A DNA stretch of 64,000 nt from Sporopachydermia quercuum (lineage: Eukaryota). The position numbers and the translations under genes are program-made. The notes below the pieces were generated by a model, which made no database searches, was not told where the DNA came from, and saw only the letters and a program-made list of their open reading frames with translations. Positions within the stretch are counted from its first letter, which is position 1. The number at the start of each line of letters is the position of its first letter. The DNA lies in contig BCGN01000004.1 of NCBI GenBank assembly GCA_001599295.1, positions 686,138 to 750,137 on the forward strand, read 5' to 3'. Below, one piece after another: positions 23,488 through 34,484 of the stretch.

Positions 23488-25126
23488 TTTGTTATTCTTG
23501 TATAGATATTCAGTTTGAGAAAAATATGCTAGTTATTGTATATGAACTTCATACACCAAAGTATTGCTCCATAGTCACTGTTTGAAATCAAGTTTGAGAG
23601 ACTGCAGAGTTAGTGTTGATTGCTCTTTCAGTCAATGTGCCGGAAATCGCTGTAGCTTAATGACAGGGAAATTCACTGCAGAGTCAACAATCTTTCAGTC
23701 AATATTAGCTGTATTGGAGCCAAATCAACTACTTATAATCACCCCCTACAAAGCAATCAGGTCCTGATTGCCTGTTGTTAAACAAAAGTGTATTTTTTTC
23801 ACAGCTTTTCTTTACCGGTCTTCTATCGATCTAGACGTAATAATCATACGATCATTAGTCGTCAAACTATCTACTCACCTAGTATTAATTGTAAACTGCT
23901 GATTGTATGGATAACATAACAATAAAATATCATCGTTGTGATGTATCTGTTGTGTCACTTTTATCTTATCGGTGGCAGAGTTGTTAGGAAGATGAGATAG
24001 ATCGATGTATCTGACAAGCTGACAACACTTAGGACATTTGGATAGTAAACTTGTGACAAACGTTATCAGTGTAATGAAAGGCTATTAAGTTAGAGTAGAA
24101 AGAGAAGACTTTCGAGAATAAGTCTTTTTTTTGAGTGGCTTAGTGATTCTTGAGATATAATACTTGACCTATATGTATGGGGAAAGCGTTTTTCGTGTAT
24201 ATTTGCAAATTTATTTATTGTTACTTACAATCCTTCTACTGAGTCATCCTTGCCCCACATGTTATCCTACAGTCAATTGTCATGACAATTGCCAAACAAA
24301 ATATACATAAAAATCAGTGAAACCGGTCATTATCTTCCAAATGTCTTCCAGTCTGATAAATAATAGGAAAAGATAATCAATTATCATACGCTAAAAGATT
24401 CTTTTTTAACATAGATCTCAATAAAACATATTCTGTCGCAGTCTTTCTTATATATAGTTGACTCAATTATAACTAAGACAGGAGTTAAATGTTCACGTAA
24501 TCTATAAAACATATCACATGACATTCATGCTATCTATTCATCCATCTAACAAAAGCAATGTATTTCCAACTTTCTCCCATTTTGTCTTCATTAAAATATC
24601 GTTCACGATACTCCCCTTTCATCAATATTTTCTGGTAAAATTTCACGCAGCTATCTCATATAACATTATTCTTCCGATATATATGCCGAACTTGCCTTCA
24701 CAAGAACCCCATCCCAAGAAAAGTTCCTCGGCCTAAAATCTATCATGAGTTACCCGTTTGGGTATTAATACGGTAAAGGCTAATTTCAATGCATCNGATA
24801 AGTCAACTTTGTTCACGAAAAACGAATGTGATGAGATATANAAGAGGTATGTTGCTTGCCTGTATCAGTTGATAGGTAAGAAGGTGGGTAAAGGAAAAGG
24901 ATATGAGTCTATAAACTGAAAAATTNTTTAGTTGTGAGGTTGTTGTTATTTTTTCTAGGTGATCGGAGTATATTCTAAGTGTTCAAAATACTCAAATTCG
25001 CAGAAGAAAATAAAACTGGTTGTTATTACAGTTATTTGTCTGAGATTCAGAGAGCTCGTTCGTAGCACCAGTGAACAGGGAATAGGATACTAGGATCAAA
25101 CTCCTAGTGGATGTTATAAGACTTAG

Positions 25127-26441
25127 ATGACAATTCGAGCTTTTGAAAGGTCATCAATTGGAAATCTGACGAGAAAATTGCTTGGTGGTTCAAGAATTGG
25201 TTCCATATCTTCAATATCTTCCATTAGTAAGCATAACCTAGCTGCAAGGTACAATATCGTTAACAGTCAGCATAGAAATTATTTCACATTGCTAGACTCC
25301 AGCAAATCCACAAGCATGACAGACGCATCACCAATCGAATATCAACTTGGACTTGAGGAAATCAAACCAGATGTTTTCCAAAATATACACCGACTGTGGA
25401 AACCTATGGGAGCCAGAGGCATTTTTGGGGGCTCAGTTATATCTCAAGCGCTAATGGCTGCTTCATTAACTGTTAGTGATGCATTCCGGGTTCATTCTCT
25501 GCACTGCTATTTTCTTTTTGCTGTAAGTATTTATTGGGATTTTGAGAATCTTTCTGTGCAATTGGTTTCATAGAACTAACAACGTAATGTTTAGGGTAAT
25601 CCTGATTTACCTATTCAGTATCATATTGAGAGACTCAGAGATGGGAAAGTAAGTGATCCGGACCGGAGAATTTTATGGATACGGCTGATTGGTCATGAGT
25701 ATAACTAATATCAAGCTTTTATTTGTCATTAGTTGAGGTATCTGCAGTAACTAACAATCTTACTAGTCGTTTGCTACTAGATCTGTTGAAGCGTTGCAAA
25801 ACGACAAAGTCATTTTCTGCGCTTCAGTTTCTTTCCAAATCAAAGAAAATAAATCTAAAAGAATATTACATCATCAAGCTAGATTCCCTCCAAATGTTCC
25901 TGATCCAGAAAAGCTAACGTCCGTCACTTTTAATATTAATAAATCTGATAAATTACCTGATAACAATGTAAATTCAACTGAACCTGTTGATAAAGAAGGT
26001 GACCCAGCTGAATGGAGGCTCATCAGTGGATTTACAGATGATTATGGTGTGCTAAATGATGAACATAANGAACCTTATGAAAGAAGAGTGCGAGTTTTCA
26101 TGAGAAGCAGAGGTAAAATCATATCTCCAAAAGCTCATGCAATGGCTCTTTCTTATATGAGCGATGCATACTTGATAGGTACTGGCTTAAGGGTGAATGG
26201 AACACCTTTTGAAAATATTTCAATGATGGTATCATTGGATCATACGATATATTTCCATGAGGAGTTTAGGGCAGATGATTGGTTAATGTATTGTATGAGG
26301 AGTCCCTGGACTGGTGATAACAGAATTCTTGCTATGGGTGAAGTGTTTACTAAGGATGGTAAACTTGTTGCCACATGTATTCAAGAAGGCCTTTGCAGGC
26401 TTAAAGATGAAGAAGTAGTAGTAAATAAGTCTAAATTGTAA
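25127..26441 (+). CDS. TES1: Acyl-CoA thioesterase II (Tes1/ACOT8) with PTS1; exons 25127-25522, 25595-25648, 25767-26441
   Basis: GARGIFGGSVISQAL, HSLHCYF, spliced A/GNPDLPIQYHIERLRDGK/SFATRSVEALQ, SLDHTIYFH, TCIQEGL, C-terminal SKL. Second in-frame ATG at 25316. Confidence 0.93.
25523..25594 (+). other. TES1 intron 1 (72 nt)
   Basis: GTAAGT, AACTAAC at 25574-25580, TAG; phase 0. Confidence 0.9.
25649..25766 (+). other. TES1 intron 2 (118 nt)
   Basis: GTAAGT, AACTAAC at 25749-25755, TAG; phase 0; restores RDGK-SFATR. Confidence 0.9.
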
Positions 26442-26922
26442 TTGCTTATGTTGGCATTTGAAAACAATAGTATAACAGTTTTCCTTATAATGAATTATAT
26501 TGTATCGTTGCTTCTAAGATAGGCTTCTAAGTTTCAGTAGCATTTTACGTGAAATGGCATATAAGCGATAAAAAACGTCTGCCTTGATGTGACAGTAAAG
26601 GTTGTGTTGGTGCAATTGGTTTGTTGGAATGTATTGGTTGTAGCAGCATAATTATCGATGCAACGCTCCAAATGAATGTAAAGTGTAGAGTTTCTGTTGG
26701 AAGGGGTCTCATTATCGCTATGACATTCGTCTATCATCATTGTTTCAAAGATAAGGCAAATTATCAAAAGTTGTTTGATTGAGAGAACTACTTTAGCTAT
26801 CTACAGTGTCCTTCAGCCTCATTTCTATAATACAGTTACCTCCCTTTACAAAACCAAGCATATCATATCATAGTAGTCATTAATATATACAAGAATTTCA
26901 CTATAACTGTCTTTGTTTAATT

Positions 26923-27999
26923 TCAATTCAACCTGCTAATAATAGCTGATCTTAATTGATTAAATGCATCATCAACTTCTGAAACGTTATCACATTCAAT
27001 AGGTATTAACTTATCAACAACATCAAGATACCCTAAAGTGCTCTTAGTTATCTCAGGATATACATCTAGCTGCTCTTTCAACTTTTGCCTTTCAACCTTC
27101 GATAGCGACTTCATTTTATCGATCTTCCTCTTTAATTTGTCTTGTTGAAATACAAAGTTAAACGCCAACCACGTAGGAATTAACTCAGTTTCAAACGACA
27201 GTAAATGTTTCAAAGAACAAGGCATCGAATCAATAATGATAATTCTTGGATTAGGTTTCCCTTCACACTTCTCTTTGGATAAATCTATTTCATGTTGAAT
27301 CTTCTGCTTGATAACTTCGTTATATTTCTTTTCATCACTAATAACATCTTGTGATGATATTGGTATATACGTGAAGGTATTCGGATATTGATCTACAAGT
27401 CTTTCTGCCAAGAGAGCTTGCAGATCAGCAGTTCCTGGTGGACCTGTAAATAAAACAATTTTCACATTATCCTTAGGACGGAAAGCAAGCTCTTTTGACT
27501 TTTCATATTCGATTTTGGGATCCTGTTTCACTTTAGTATCTAAAGTTGAGAGGAATAGTAAACCTGTTGCTAGGTATACAACCCACCACCACCTATTATT
27601 CCTTTCTCTGTAAATTTTGTCCAAATCAATATCTTCTTCCAGTTCTTCCTTTGTAAACTGTAGTAAAGTTTCTGGTTTATCAGCTCTTGGTACTACCTTA
27701 GGTTTCTCTCCATCAGCTGTGATGTTAGTGATGTTAGCTACTTGTGTCATCAGAAGGTCTANATCAGGTGTTTCAACTTTAGAATCTGTATTCGTTTTCA
27801 TCCAGTCGTTTGGATTTTCAGAAGAGTCAGCTGAAGGTTTTTCTGTGCTACTTTCACCTTCATGGCTATTTATTGATTGTTCTTGTTTGGTTTCTACTGT
27901 TGTTTTGGTCCTGATGCTATATGCTCTTAGTCTGTTTCGTCCACAAACCAGTCTACGACTAAATATTGAGATATTTCTCTGACAAGGAAGTCTAAGCAT
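26923..27999 (-). CDS. AIM36: Mitochondrial membrane protein with degenerate adenylate-kinase-like P-loop domain (Aim36/Fmp39-like)
   Basis: Arg-rich presequence, single TM (WWWVVYLATGLLFL), IVLFTGPPGT and IIIIDSMP NMP-kinase-like strands lacking the GK of the P-loop. Confidence 0.6.
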   Translation of the reverse strand: MLRLPCQRNISIFSRRLVCGRNRLRAYSIRTKTTVETKQEQSINSHEGESSTEKPSADSSENPNDWMKTNTDSKVETPDXDLLMTQVANITNITADGEKPKVVPRADKPETLLQFTKEELEEDIDLDKIYRERNNRWWWVVYLATGLLFLSTLDTKVKQDPKIEYEKSKELAFRPKDNVKIVLFTGPPGTADLQALLAERLVDQYPNTFTYIPISSQDVISDEKKYNEVIKQKIQHEIDLSKEKCEGKPNPRIIIIDSMPCSLKHLLSFETELIPTWLAFNFVFQQDKLKRKIDKMKSLSKVERQKLKEQLDVYPEITKSTLGYLDVVDKLIPIECDNVSEVDDAFNQLRSAIISRLN

Positions 28000-28602
28000 T
28001 GTATAGGATCACAACAGCTAATAATATGGCAACAGATATTCTTTCTGAATTCTTATACTTCTAGTGTGTAGATATTATATGCAAATTAGATTCTGAATAG
28101 TGATTGAGGGCTGGAATTGCTCGAATAACGTTCCATTTACTTGACTTTGTACACTATGAGAAGTGACATTCAGAATCTGTTGTAATTTTGAAACCTTATT
28201 GGAAATTCCTTCTTCGGTTCATTGCAGACTTTCCAGCAGCCTCTTGCGAAAGAAACGTCAATTTATCAAGAATAAACTTCTACTTGGTAATCAGTTCAAT
28301 GATTGATTGATGGTGGACTCTTCAATATAGAAAAAGAATAGAAAAATGGAAAAGAACTGAGCTGAGACATTAGGATCAATAAGGTTTGAAGAGTTTATTA
28401 TTCCTGCATGTTCATGTATAATTTTTAATAGAGTTGTGCCTACATGACTGTACATAGCAATTGAAACTTTATACTAAGATGACGAAAAGCGCAGAAGCAT
28501 GAGAAAGTAAGTTCATCAAATTTATTCGTGATAAACTATGTAAATTTGAGTTTTATGAGGGTGTCAAATATTCAATCAAATAGTTCAAGATTATATAGTC
28601 AC

Positions 28603-29506
28603 TCAATTGTGATACTTCTCTAGACGCTTATCATTATATCTAAGATAACTGCCATTCAAATCATCACCTTCACCATGTAATGCTAGGTTGGCATACAAAT
28701 TTCCAACATAAGCAGGAGAAACTAATTCATTTTTAAATTTCAATTCAATAAACTTTTGCTGAATTTCTCCCATCTCGGCCCCATGCTTTTCTCGGATGTT
28801 ATCTTGCATATTGGTATCAACAACACCTGGTGCAACAGATATGGCAAAAATACCATGAGGTCCTTCCTCGTTCTTAACGGTACCCACAAAATGATTCAAA
28901 GCAGCCTTTGATGATCCATATGCACCCCAAGCAGTCTAAAAAGTTAGTAATCTTGTTTCAAGGTGGTCAAGTAGGTTGTTTTGTTCAAGTCCATATAATA
29001 CATACATAATAACTTGTCGAGGCACCTGATGAAACAGTAACTATTCTCCCTTTCGTTTCTCTGAGATGTGGTATACTTTTGCTAACTATATCAACCACTG
29101 AGAAAAAATTGATATCATAAAGTCTCTTCCACTCATCTAACTTGCAATTCGCAACTTTTGCAACGGGTTCAAGAACTCCTGCGTTCAAAACTAGTGAATC
29201 GATCTTTCTATATTTCTCAATGGTGAATGTTATCACTTTAGCAATTACTGTACTATCTGTAATGTCACCAACTACATAAGAAAAGCTACCAGGGAATTTT
29301 GATTGAAGTTCCTTCAAAGCCGATTCAGTCTGTGATACACCAACAACTTTTGCATTCTTGGAAATCAATGACTCAACAATGCACTTTCCAATTCCTAGTT
29401 GCATTCTGTTAGTAAACCATTAATAACAATCATAGAATTCTCGCCATCTGTCTTTATTCATACCTCTGGAAGCACCGGTAACTATAACAACTGGTAAGGC
29501 ACTCAT
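28603..29506 (-). CDS. Short-chain dehydrogenase/reductase (IRC24/NRE1-like, 254 aa); exons 29506-29464, 29394-29006, 28935-28603
   Basis: Spliced TGASRG/IG Rossmann motif, LNAGVLEP, VSSGA, YY/TAWGAYGSSK (YxxxK), VAPGVVDTNMQ. Confidence 0.92.
28936..29005 (-). other. SDR gene intron 2 (70 nt)
   Basis: GTATGT donor, TACTAAC branch, TAG acceptor; phase 0. Confidence 0.9.
29395..29463 (-). other. SDR gene intron 1 (69 nt)
   Basis: GTATGA donor, TACTAAC branch, TAG acceptor; phase 1. Confidence 0.88.
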
Positions 29507-31014
29507 GTTTTNATAACTAAAGCTGATTCAACACTGATAATACCAATCTTCTATTTGATATACTAAATTGTAATAATGTAGGTTGTTCGGATATTATCGA
29601 TATCCTCTTAGATCTTATAGATAGAACAACGATTGGTTGATGGAAGGCAACTAACTCTATTAATAGCCAAGTTTCTCTCCAAAACAAATTCACCAAGTTT
29701 ACACTTTTAAATAAAAACTCAGTAGCCAGATTAAGTAAACAAGTACCATTGATGATAGATTCAATCAGTACTAGGTCTAATCAAAAAGAAGAAAAGAAAG
29801 AAAGAAGACAGGAAAGAAATGAGAATGAGTTATTTGGTGAAGGTCGAAAGGGAACAAATTTAAAGTTACGTACATATAGACGAGTTATTTTTATGGTGTA
29901 GATTGACTGGTAGTGGCTTCAAAGTTACGTATAGAGAGTTAGACAATAGCCTAAAATAACTCATCCGTTCCTTTCTTTCTGGTGTGAATCGGCCAGGAAT
30001 ATATTTAAAGTTAAGTATAGAACAAGGTTTAAGTTATCTTACAATATTTGCATTTGTGATGAACTTGTTTGGCAGATCAATGATTTCTAACTGTCTTTAC
30101 TGAATAACCAAAATACAGTAAGATTATTTGTAGATATGTTTGAAAATGACACCCNAAGAGAGCTTGATTAATAATTCACAAAGCTATTTGAGTGAAGTTT
30201 CAATTCCGTAGAGATGCTCATTTTTTATTGAGGATGGTAGAATGAAGATTTCAACGTGAAATAGCTCTTCACGTATGCTGTTTGAAAAGTTAAATTATAA
30301 ACTAATGCCCTGAAGAATGGAGGTAAAAGAAGGCAAAAAAGAAGCTAAAAGTTGAAAGAAGAAAGCCAATCCCACAATATTAAATAGTAAATAAATACTA
30401 TTAATCGAACTCAGCTGAAATATTTCTAATCCGATTCAGTTTTTTACGTCAATCAACTACCATTCTATACGCAGAGGTATGCACATTCATGAGGTTTAGG
30501 CTACGTGTATCCTTATCCACTGTATTCATCTTACTTAATAGCTGTTTTCTCCCCTTTTTTTCAAACCACTATCCCAATAGTACTTTGTCTTATTTTACAA
30601 ATATCTAGTGAAAGTCCCGCTCTACTCGTTCTTTGACATTAATTTGTTACTTCTGCCGTGAACTTTTGTCATGGATATAAAGTTCCAAAAAAGAGTTTAA
30701 AGATTAACCTAGCATATACTTGCATCATTAGCCGAAAGCTTATTGTGCTATCTATCAATCAGTTGTCAATTCACTCGAAGATAGAAAGAACATATAAACT
30801 AATTATTAATTCAAATAACTATCAAAAATATCAAAACATATAGGCAAATTTATGTATCAAATAAATGGGCTAAAAGATTGCACAGAAGCAAACTCTTCTG
30901 AGTAATTCCTTCATTTCGACGGATCAATCATGAAAAAGCTCTTCTTCAGCTCAAATAATTACGAATTTCCAATACAAAACGTTTCTTCTTCATTGTTATT
31001 TTCTTAATCACGTA

Positions 31015-32427
31015 TCATATGATACCACTTCTAGATAAGTTCTCGCTTATTATCATATCAGTTATAGCAGTTAAAACGAACTTCATACTAGTAGTATCAG
31101 TAGCACAGGTAAAATGAGTGTAAACCTGTTTACCAGTTTTATTCAGTCCCATAAATTTTTGCCGGAAAAATGAACAAGCAGCTTCAAAGTCATTTGATTT
31201 TCCATTATAATCAGCATACCATTTGTTCAAGGGAGACTTTAGTAGCTTAGATTTCAAAATATCTATCTTATTAAGGAACAAAATTATCGGGGTACGATAG
31301 AATAGTCTTGAGTTGCAAATTGAATGAAAAAGTAACATTGCTTCATCCATTCTGTTCACAGACTCGTTTTCAAATAATGTTTGATCATACTCTGATATAG
31401 CAACAACAAATAATATAACATTGGTATCTTTGAAACAATTGATCCATTTCCTTCTTTCTGATCTTTGACCACCAACATCAACAATCAAGAAATTGAAATT
31501 CTTGATATTAAACTTGGTTTGAGAGATACCAGTAGTTTTAATTCTTCCTTTCAAGATATCTTCATCAGAGCAAAGGTAATTAGGAACAGAAAATTTCCCA
31601 ATGTTTTCAAAATAATAAACAGCTGAACCTTCTAACTGGAATTCATTAGATCTTCCCATGCATTGTCTTATGCCATTATCATGTTGCCATAATCCTTGAA
31701 TTGCTTCACTGACTTTTTCCTTGATCCTTAAAACACTATTCTCACTAACATAAGCATTTTGCTGGCTGTTCCCAATAGTCCTTTCATAGACTGATGGCCT
31801 TTTTGAATTCAGCCCTTCATCTTCAATAATTTGATTTATCTCATTTTCATCAAGCTGTTTAATCGTACCATCAACATCTATTGCTCTATTGCTGAAACTT
31901 CTATCTGGAGGGGATACTCTTTCTGCATTCCAAACGGGAGAAACAACAGCTCCAGAGGTAACGTTACTTCTTATCTGTTGTGATTTATGGCTATATCTTA
32001 CAACATAATCATTGAGAAATGTTTTCCCGCCAGCTTTATCAGTATCAATCAGGTCCAATGACTTAACCGATAATATCAAATTTCTGTATTTTTGCAATGG
32101 AGAATTCTCTTTATCACAATCCAAAGGAATTCTGAATTTTCTTGCCTGGAAGATAAGAATTTTCATACTTTGAATAGTATCTGCCCAAATGACATTAACA
32201 TACTTCAATCTTTCATCTCTAGTGAAACCTTTGGAATGAATTAGCCTCAATTGTTTTAAGACTGTTGACTTCCCTGATTCACCAGAACCTAAGAGCAATA
32301 ACTTTATCTGGCTTTTTTCCCTTTGATTGAATTGATTGAGTTTCTGATTGATTTGATCATTTTGTCTTCTTAGTTCTGCTATTGAATCATCATCGTCTCT
32401 GATTTCAGAGCTTGCTGCACAACCCAT
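31015..32427 (-). CDS. GPA1: Heterotrimeric G-protein alpha subunit, pheromone-pathway type
   Basis: MGC acylation site, GSGESGKST, RIKTTGI, DVGGQRSER, NKID, TCAT. Long insertion in the helical domain and SGII C-terminus as in yeast Gpa1. Confidence 0.9.
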   Translation of the reverse strand: MGCAASSEIRDDDDSIAELRRQNDQINQKLNQFNQREKSQIKLLLLGSGESGKSTVLKQLRLIHSKGFTRDERLKYVNVIWADTIQSMKILIFQARKFRIPLDCDKENSPLQKYRNLILSVKSLDLIDTDKAGGKTFLNDYVVRYSHKSQQIRSNVTSGAVVSPVWNAERVSPPDRSFSNRAIDVDGTIKQLDENEINQIIEDEGLNSKRPSVYERTIGNSQQNAYVSENSVLRIKEKVSEAIQGLWQHDNGIRQCMGRSNEFQLEGSAVYYFENIGKFSVPNYLCSDEDILKGRIKTTGISQTKFNIKNFNFLIVDVGGQRSERRKWINCFKDTNVILFVVAISEYDQTLFENESVNRMDEAMLLFHSICNSRLFYRTPIILFLNKIDILKSKLLKSPLNKWYADYNGKSNDFEAACSFFRQKFMGLNKTGKQVYTHFTCATDTTSMKFVLTAITDMIISENLSRSGII

Positions 32428-32822
32428 ATTGATGTTTGTTTGAATAAATGTTATTATGCCTGCAGCGGATAAGATAGAAAGATTCGACGTCCACCAAATA
32501 TTTGGANGTAAAAGCTATTGGTNGATTTTCAGTACCCTTATTGTTTTACACCTTCTCAAGTTTTTGAGAAAATGATATTTTTGAAAATGGTCTAAGAAGT
32601 ACTTTTCTTTTCCTTGAAGCTCAACTTTCGCAATAGAACAAAGCAGATAACGAAAATCGGCCGTATGTAAATAAGGACCTCTAGCTTGCGGCGAATTACC
32701 GATACGTAACTAACTATTATCCAAAGCAGGAGACTTGAAAAAGTAAATATCACCCAGAAGTAAAACCTGCAAAATAGCGAAGCAAAAAAACAAAACAATT
32801 CTCTTGATCGTCGATATTGCAG

Positions 32823-32850
32823 GCTAAAGAGCTAAAGAGCTAAAGAGCTA
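32823..32850 (+). repeat. (GCTAAAGA)3.5 tandem repeat upstream of GPA1
   Basis: gctaaaga gctaaaga gctaaaga gcta. Confidence 0.8.
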
Positions 32851-33121
32851 GAAAGCGAAAGTAAGTAGCAAAGTGCACATATCATCAATCAAATCCTCCT
32901 TTGCTTAATGGAAGGAACATTGAAGAATTCGCCATTTGGTACCGATTCTTTATCTTTTAGTTCAGAGATCAAACGCCTTGGTTCATTTCCCGCAATTTAT
33001 TTAACTTCAAAACATTCAGTTTCTCATTCATTTAGTGACAGGTTATTGATCAAGACCTTCTTTCTGAATTATTCAAAACGCACTCAATTGCTAACAAGTT
33101 CACTAAAAATCAAATTAGTTT

Positions 33122-33249
33122 GTTTCATAATGCTGAGAAGGGTAAGTGTAATAAACTTTACGAGGTTGAGATTGACATTACGTTTCAACTTTGTTAGTAA
33201 CTTTAACTTTGAGACAGATTTTGAAACGAGATGTCTGAATAAGGTTTCA
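33122..33249. promoter_or_regulatory. Cluster of four TGAAAC pheromone-response-like elements upstream of GPA1
   Basis: GTTTCA at 33122, 33182 and 33244; TGAAAC at 33222. Confidence 0.6.
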
Positions 33250-33527
33250 ACTTAGCCGAATGTGCAACAGTAAATTCAGAAAATGCTACCATTCGGATAT
33301 GTTACAGCTGAGAGCTTTAAAGTAGCTGAAAGATGGCTGGTAGACAGATAATACACAGGTAAAGTAAATTGATTAGCAAATTAATAGAAGAAGAATTCCA
33401 AATGTATGTACGAAGTTAAAATAAACGGGTCTGTATTGTATTGATTGTATAATATGGTATCATAGTTTAGAACACCCAGTGTACCTGGACTGAACACCAC
33501 GGACTAACTGATCGTCAAAATGGTAGC

Positions 33528-34484
33528 TCAGTTAAAAGAAACAACACCATTTCTCGCCAGCTCTAAACCACGATCCAATTCTTTCACAACTCCAGCGGTG
33601 TTCAAAATCTCAACTGTCTTTTTCACAATTGTTTCATCATCAACTTCAGTAACATCAGATGCAAATCTCACGGTATCTAGCCAAGCAGTAGCATCTTCTT
33701 TACTATAATCTAAATTAGTTGAGATATAATCAACAGCCTCGTCATTATGCTGATTAAAGTATTCAACACCCTCATTAACAGCTTCTAAAAATTTACTAAT
33801 GGTTTCTTTTCCTTGATCAGTCTTTAAGTCTTTACTCTGACTTGTGATAACCCATGATGGCCAAGGAGTATAAATTTCACCAATCTTCTTGATTTCTCCA
33901 TTATCATAATATTTCTTACTAGTGAAATATTCCCACATAAAAGCATCAGAATGTTCAACATTTGGGGCAAAATTTACGGAATCACGCAAGTTCTTGAAAT
34001 TTTGAAGCACAACGAAATCCTCGAATGGATTCTTAACATCTTCGTCAATCCAATTTTTCTGATACCCGAGAACAAATGACATAACGTATGATCCACTGCC
34101 AATACGGCTTATTCCAATTTTCTTACCCTTCAATTGATTTTCATCAGATAATTCACTTCTGTTGGCCCCAGTACTTATCGCCCAACAAAGCGGTGATTTA
34201 ACATAAGTTCCAACTATACCATAGCTATCACTACCATTAGCCAATTGAGCAACGAATGCTTCCGTCAGTCCAACGGCAACATCGATTGTATTGTCACCAA
34301 GACTTTGAATCAAGTGCCCCGAACCGGACGGATATGGTAAAAGTTCGACTTGCAATCCCCTTTTCTCAAAAAATCCTTTAGTTTGGGCAAAATGTAATGG
34401 AGTTGAGAAATGTTCCGGAACAAATCCTACTCTCAAGGTATTCATTTTGGCTAAACTAGTGCTGAAGAAGCGTCTAAATCTCAT
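33528..34484 (-). CDS. NMT1/THI5/SsuA-like periplasmic-binding-fold protein (Ca3427-like), unknown function
   Basis: LRVGFVPEHFSTPL, DVAVGLTEAFV, GISRIGSGSYVM, DAFMWEYFTSK, IYTPWPSWVI. Second in-frame ATG at 34445. Confidence 0.85.
   Translation of the reverse strand: MRFRRFFSTSLAKMNTLRVGFVPEHFSTPLHFAQTKGFFEKRGLQVELLPYPSGSGHLIQSLGDNTIDVAVGLTEAFVAQLANGSDSYGIVGTYVKSPLCWAISTGANRSELSDENQLKGKKIGISRIGSGSYVMSFVLGYQKNWIDEDVKNPFEDFVVLQNFKNLRDSVNFAPNVEHSDAFMWEYFTSKKYYDNGEIKKIGEIYTPWPSWVITSQSKDLKTDQGKETISKFLEAVNEGVEYFNQHNDEAVDYISTNLDYSKEDATAWLDTVRFASDVTEVDDETIVKKTVEILNTAGVVKELDRGLELARNGVVSFN

Noticed and set aside
25700..25766. Second branch/acceptor (AACTAAT...TAG) and possible 5-nt microexon in TES1 intron 2
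   Set aside because: The remaining intron would be 29 nt and the exon would break the conserved frame.
30609..30876. GAAAGTCCC ... AAATGGGCT resembling the RNase MRP P4 halves
   Set aside because: No GARAR P8 loop or CR-IV motif, poor CR-V match, AT-rich GPA1 3' flank.
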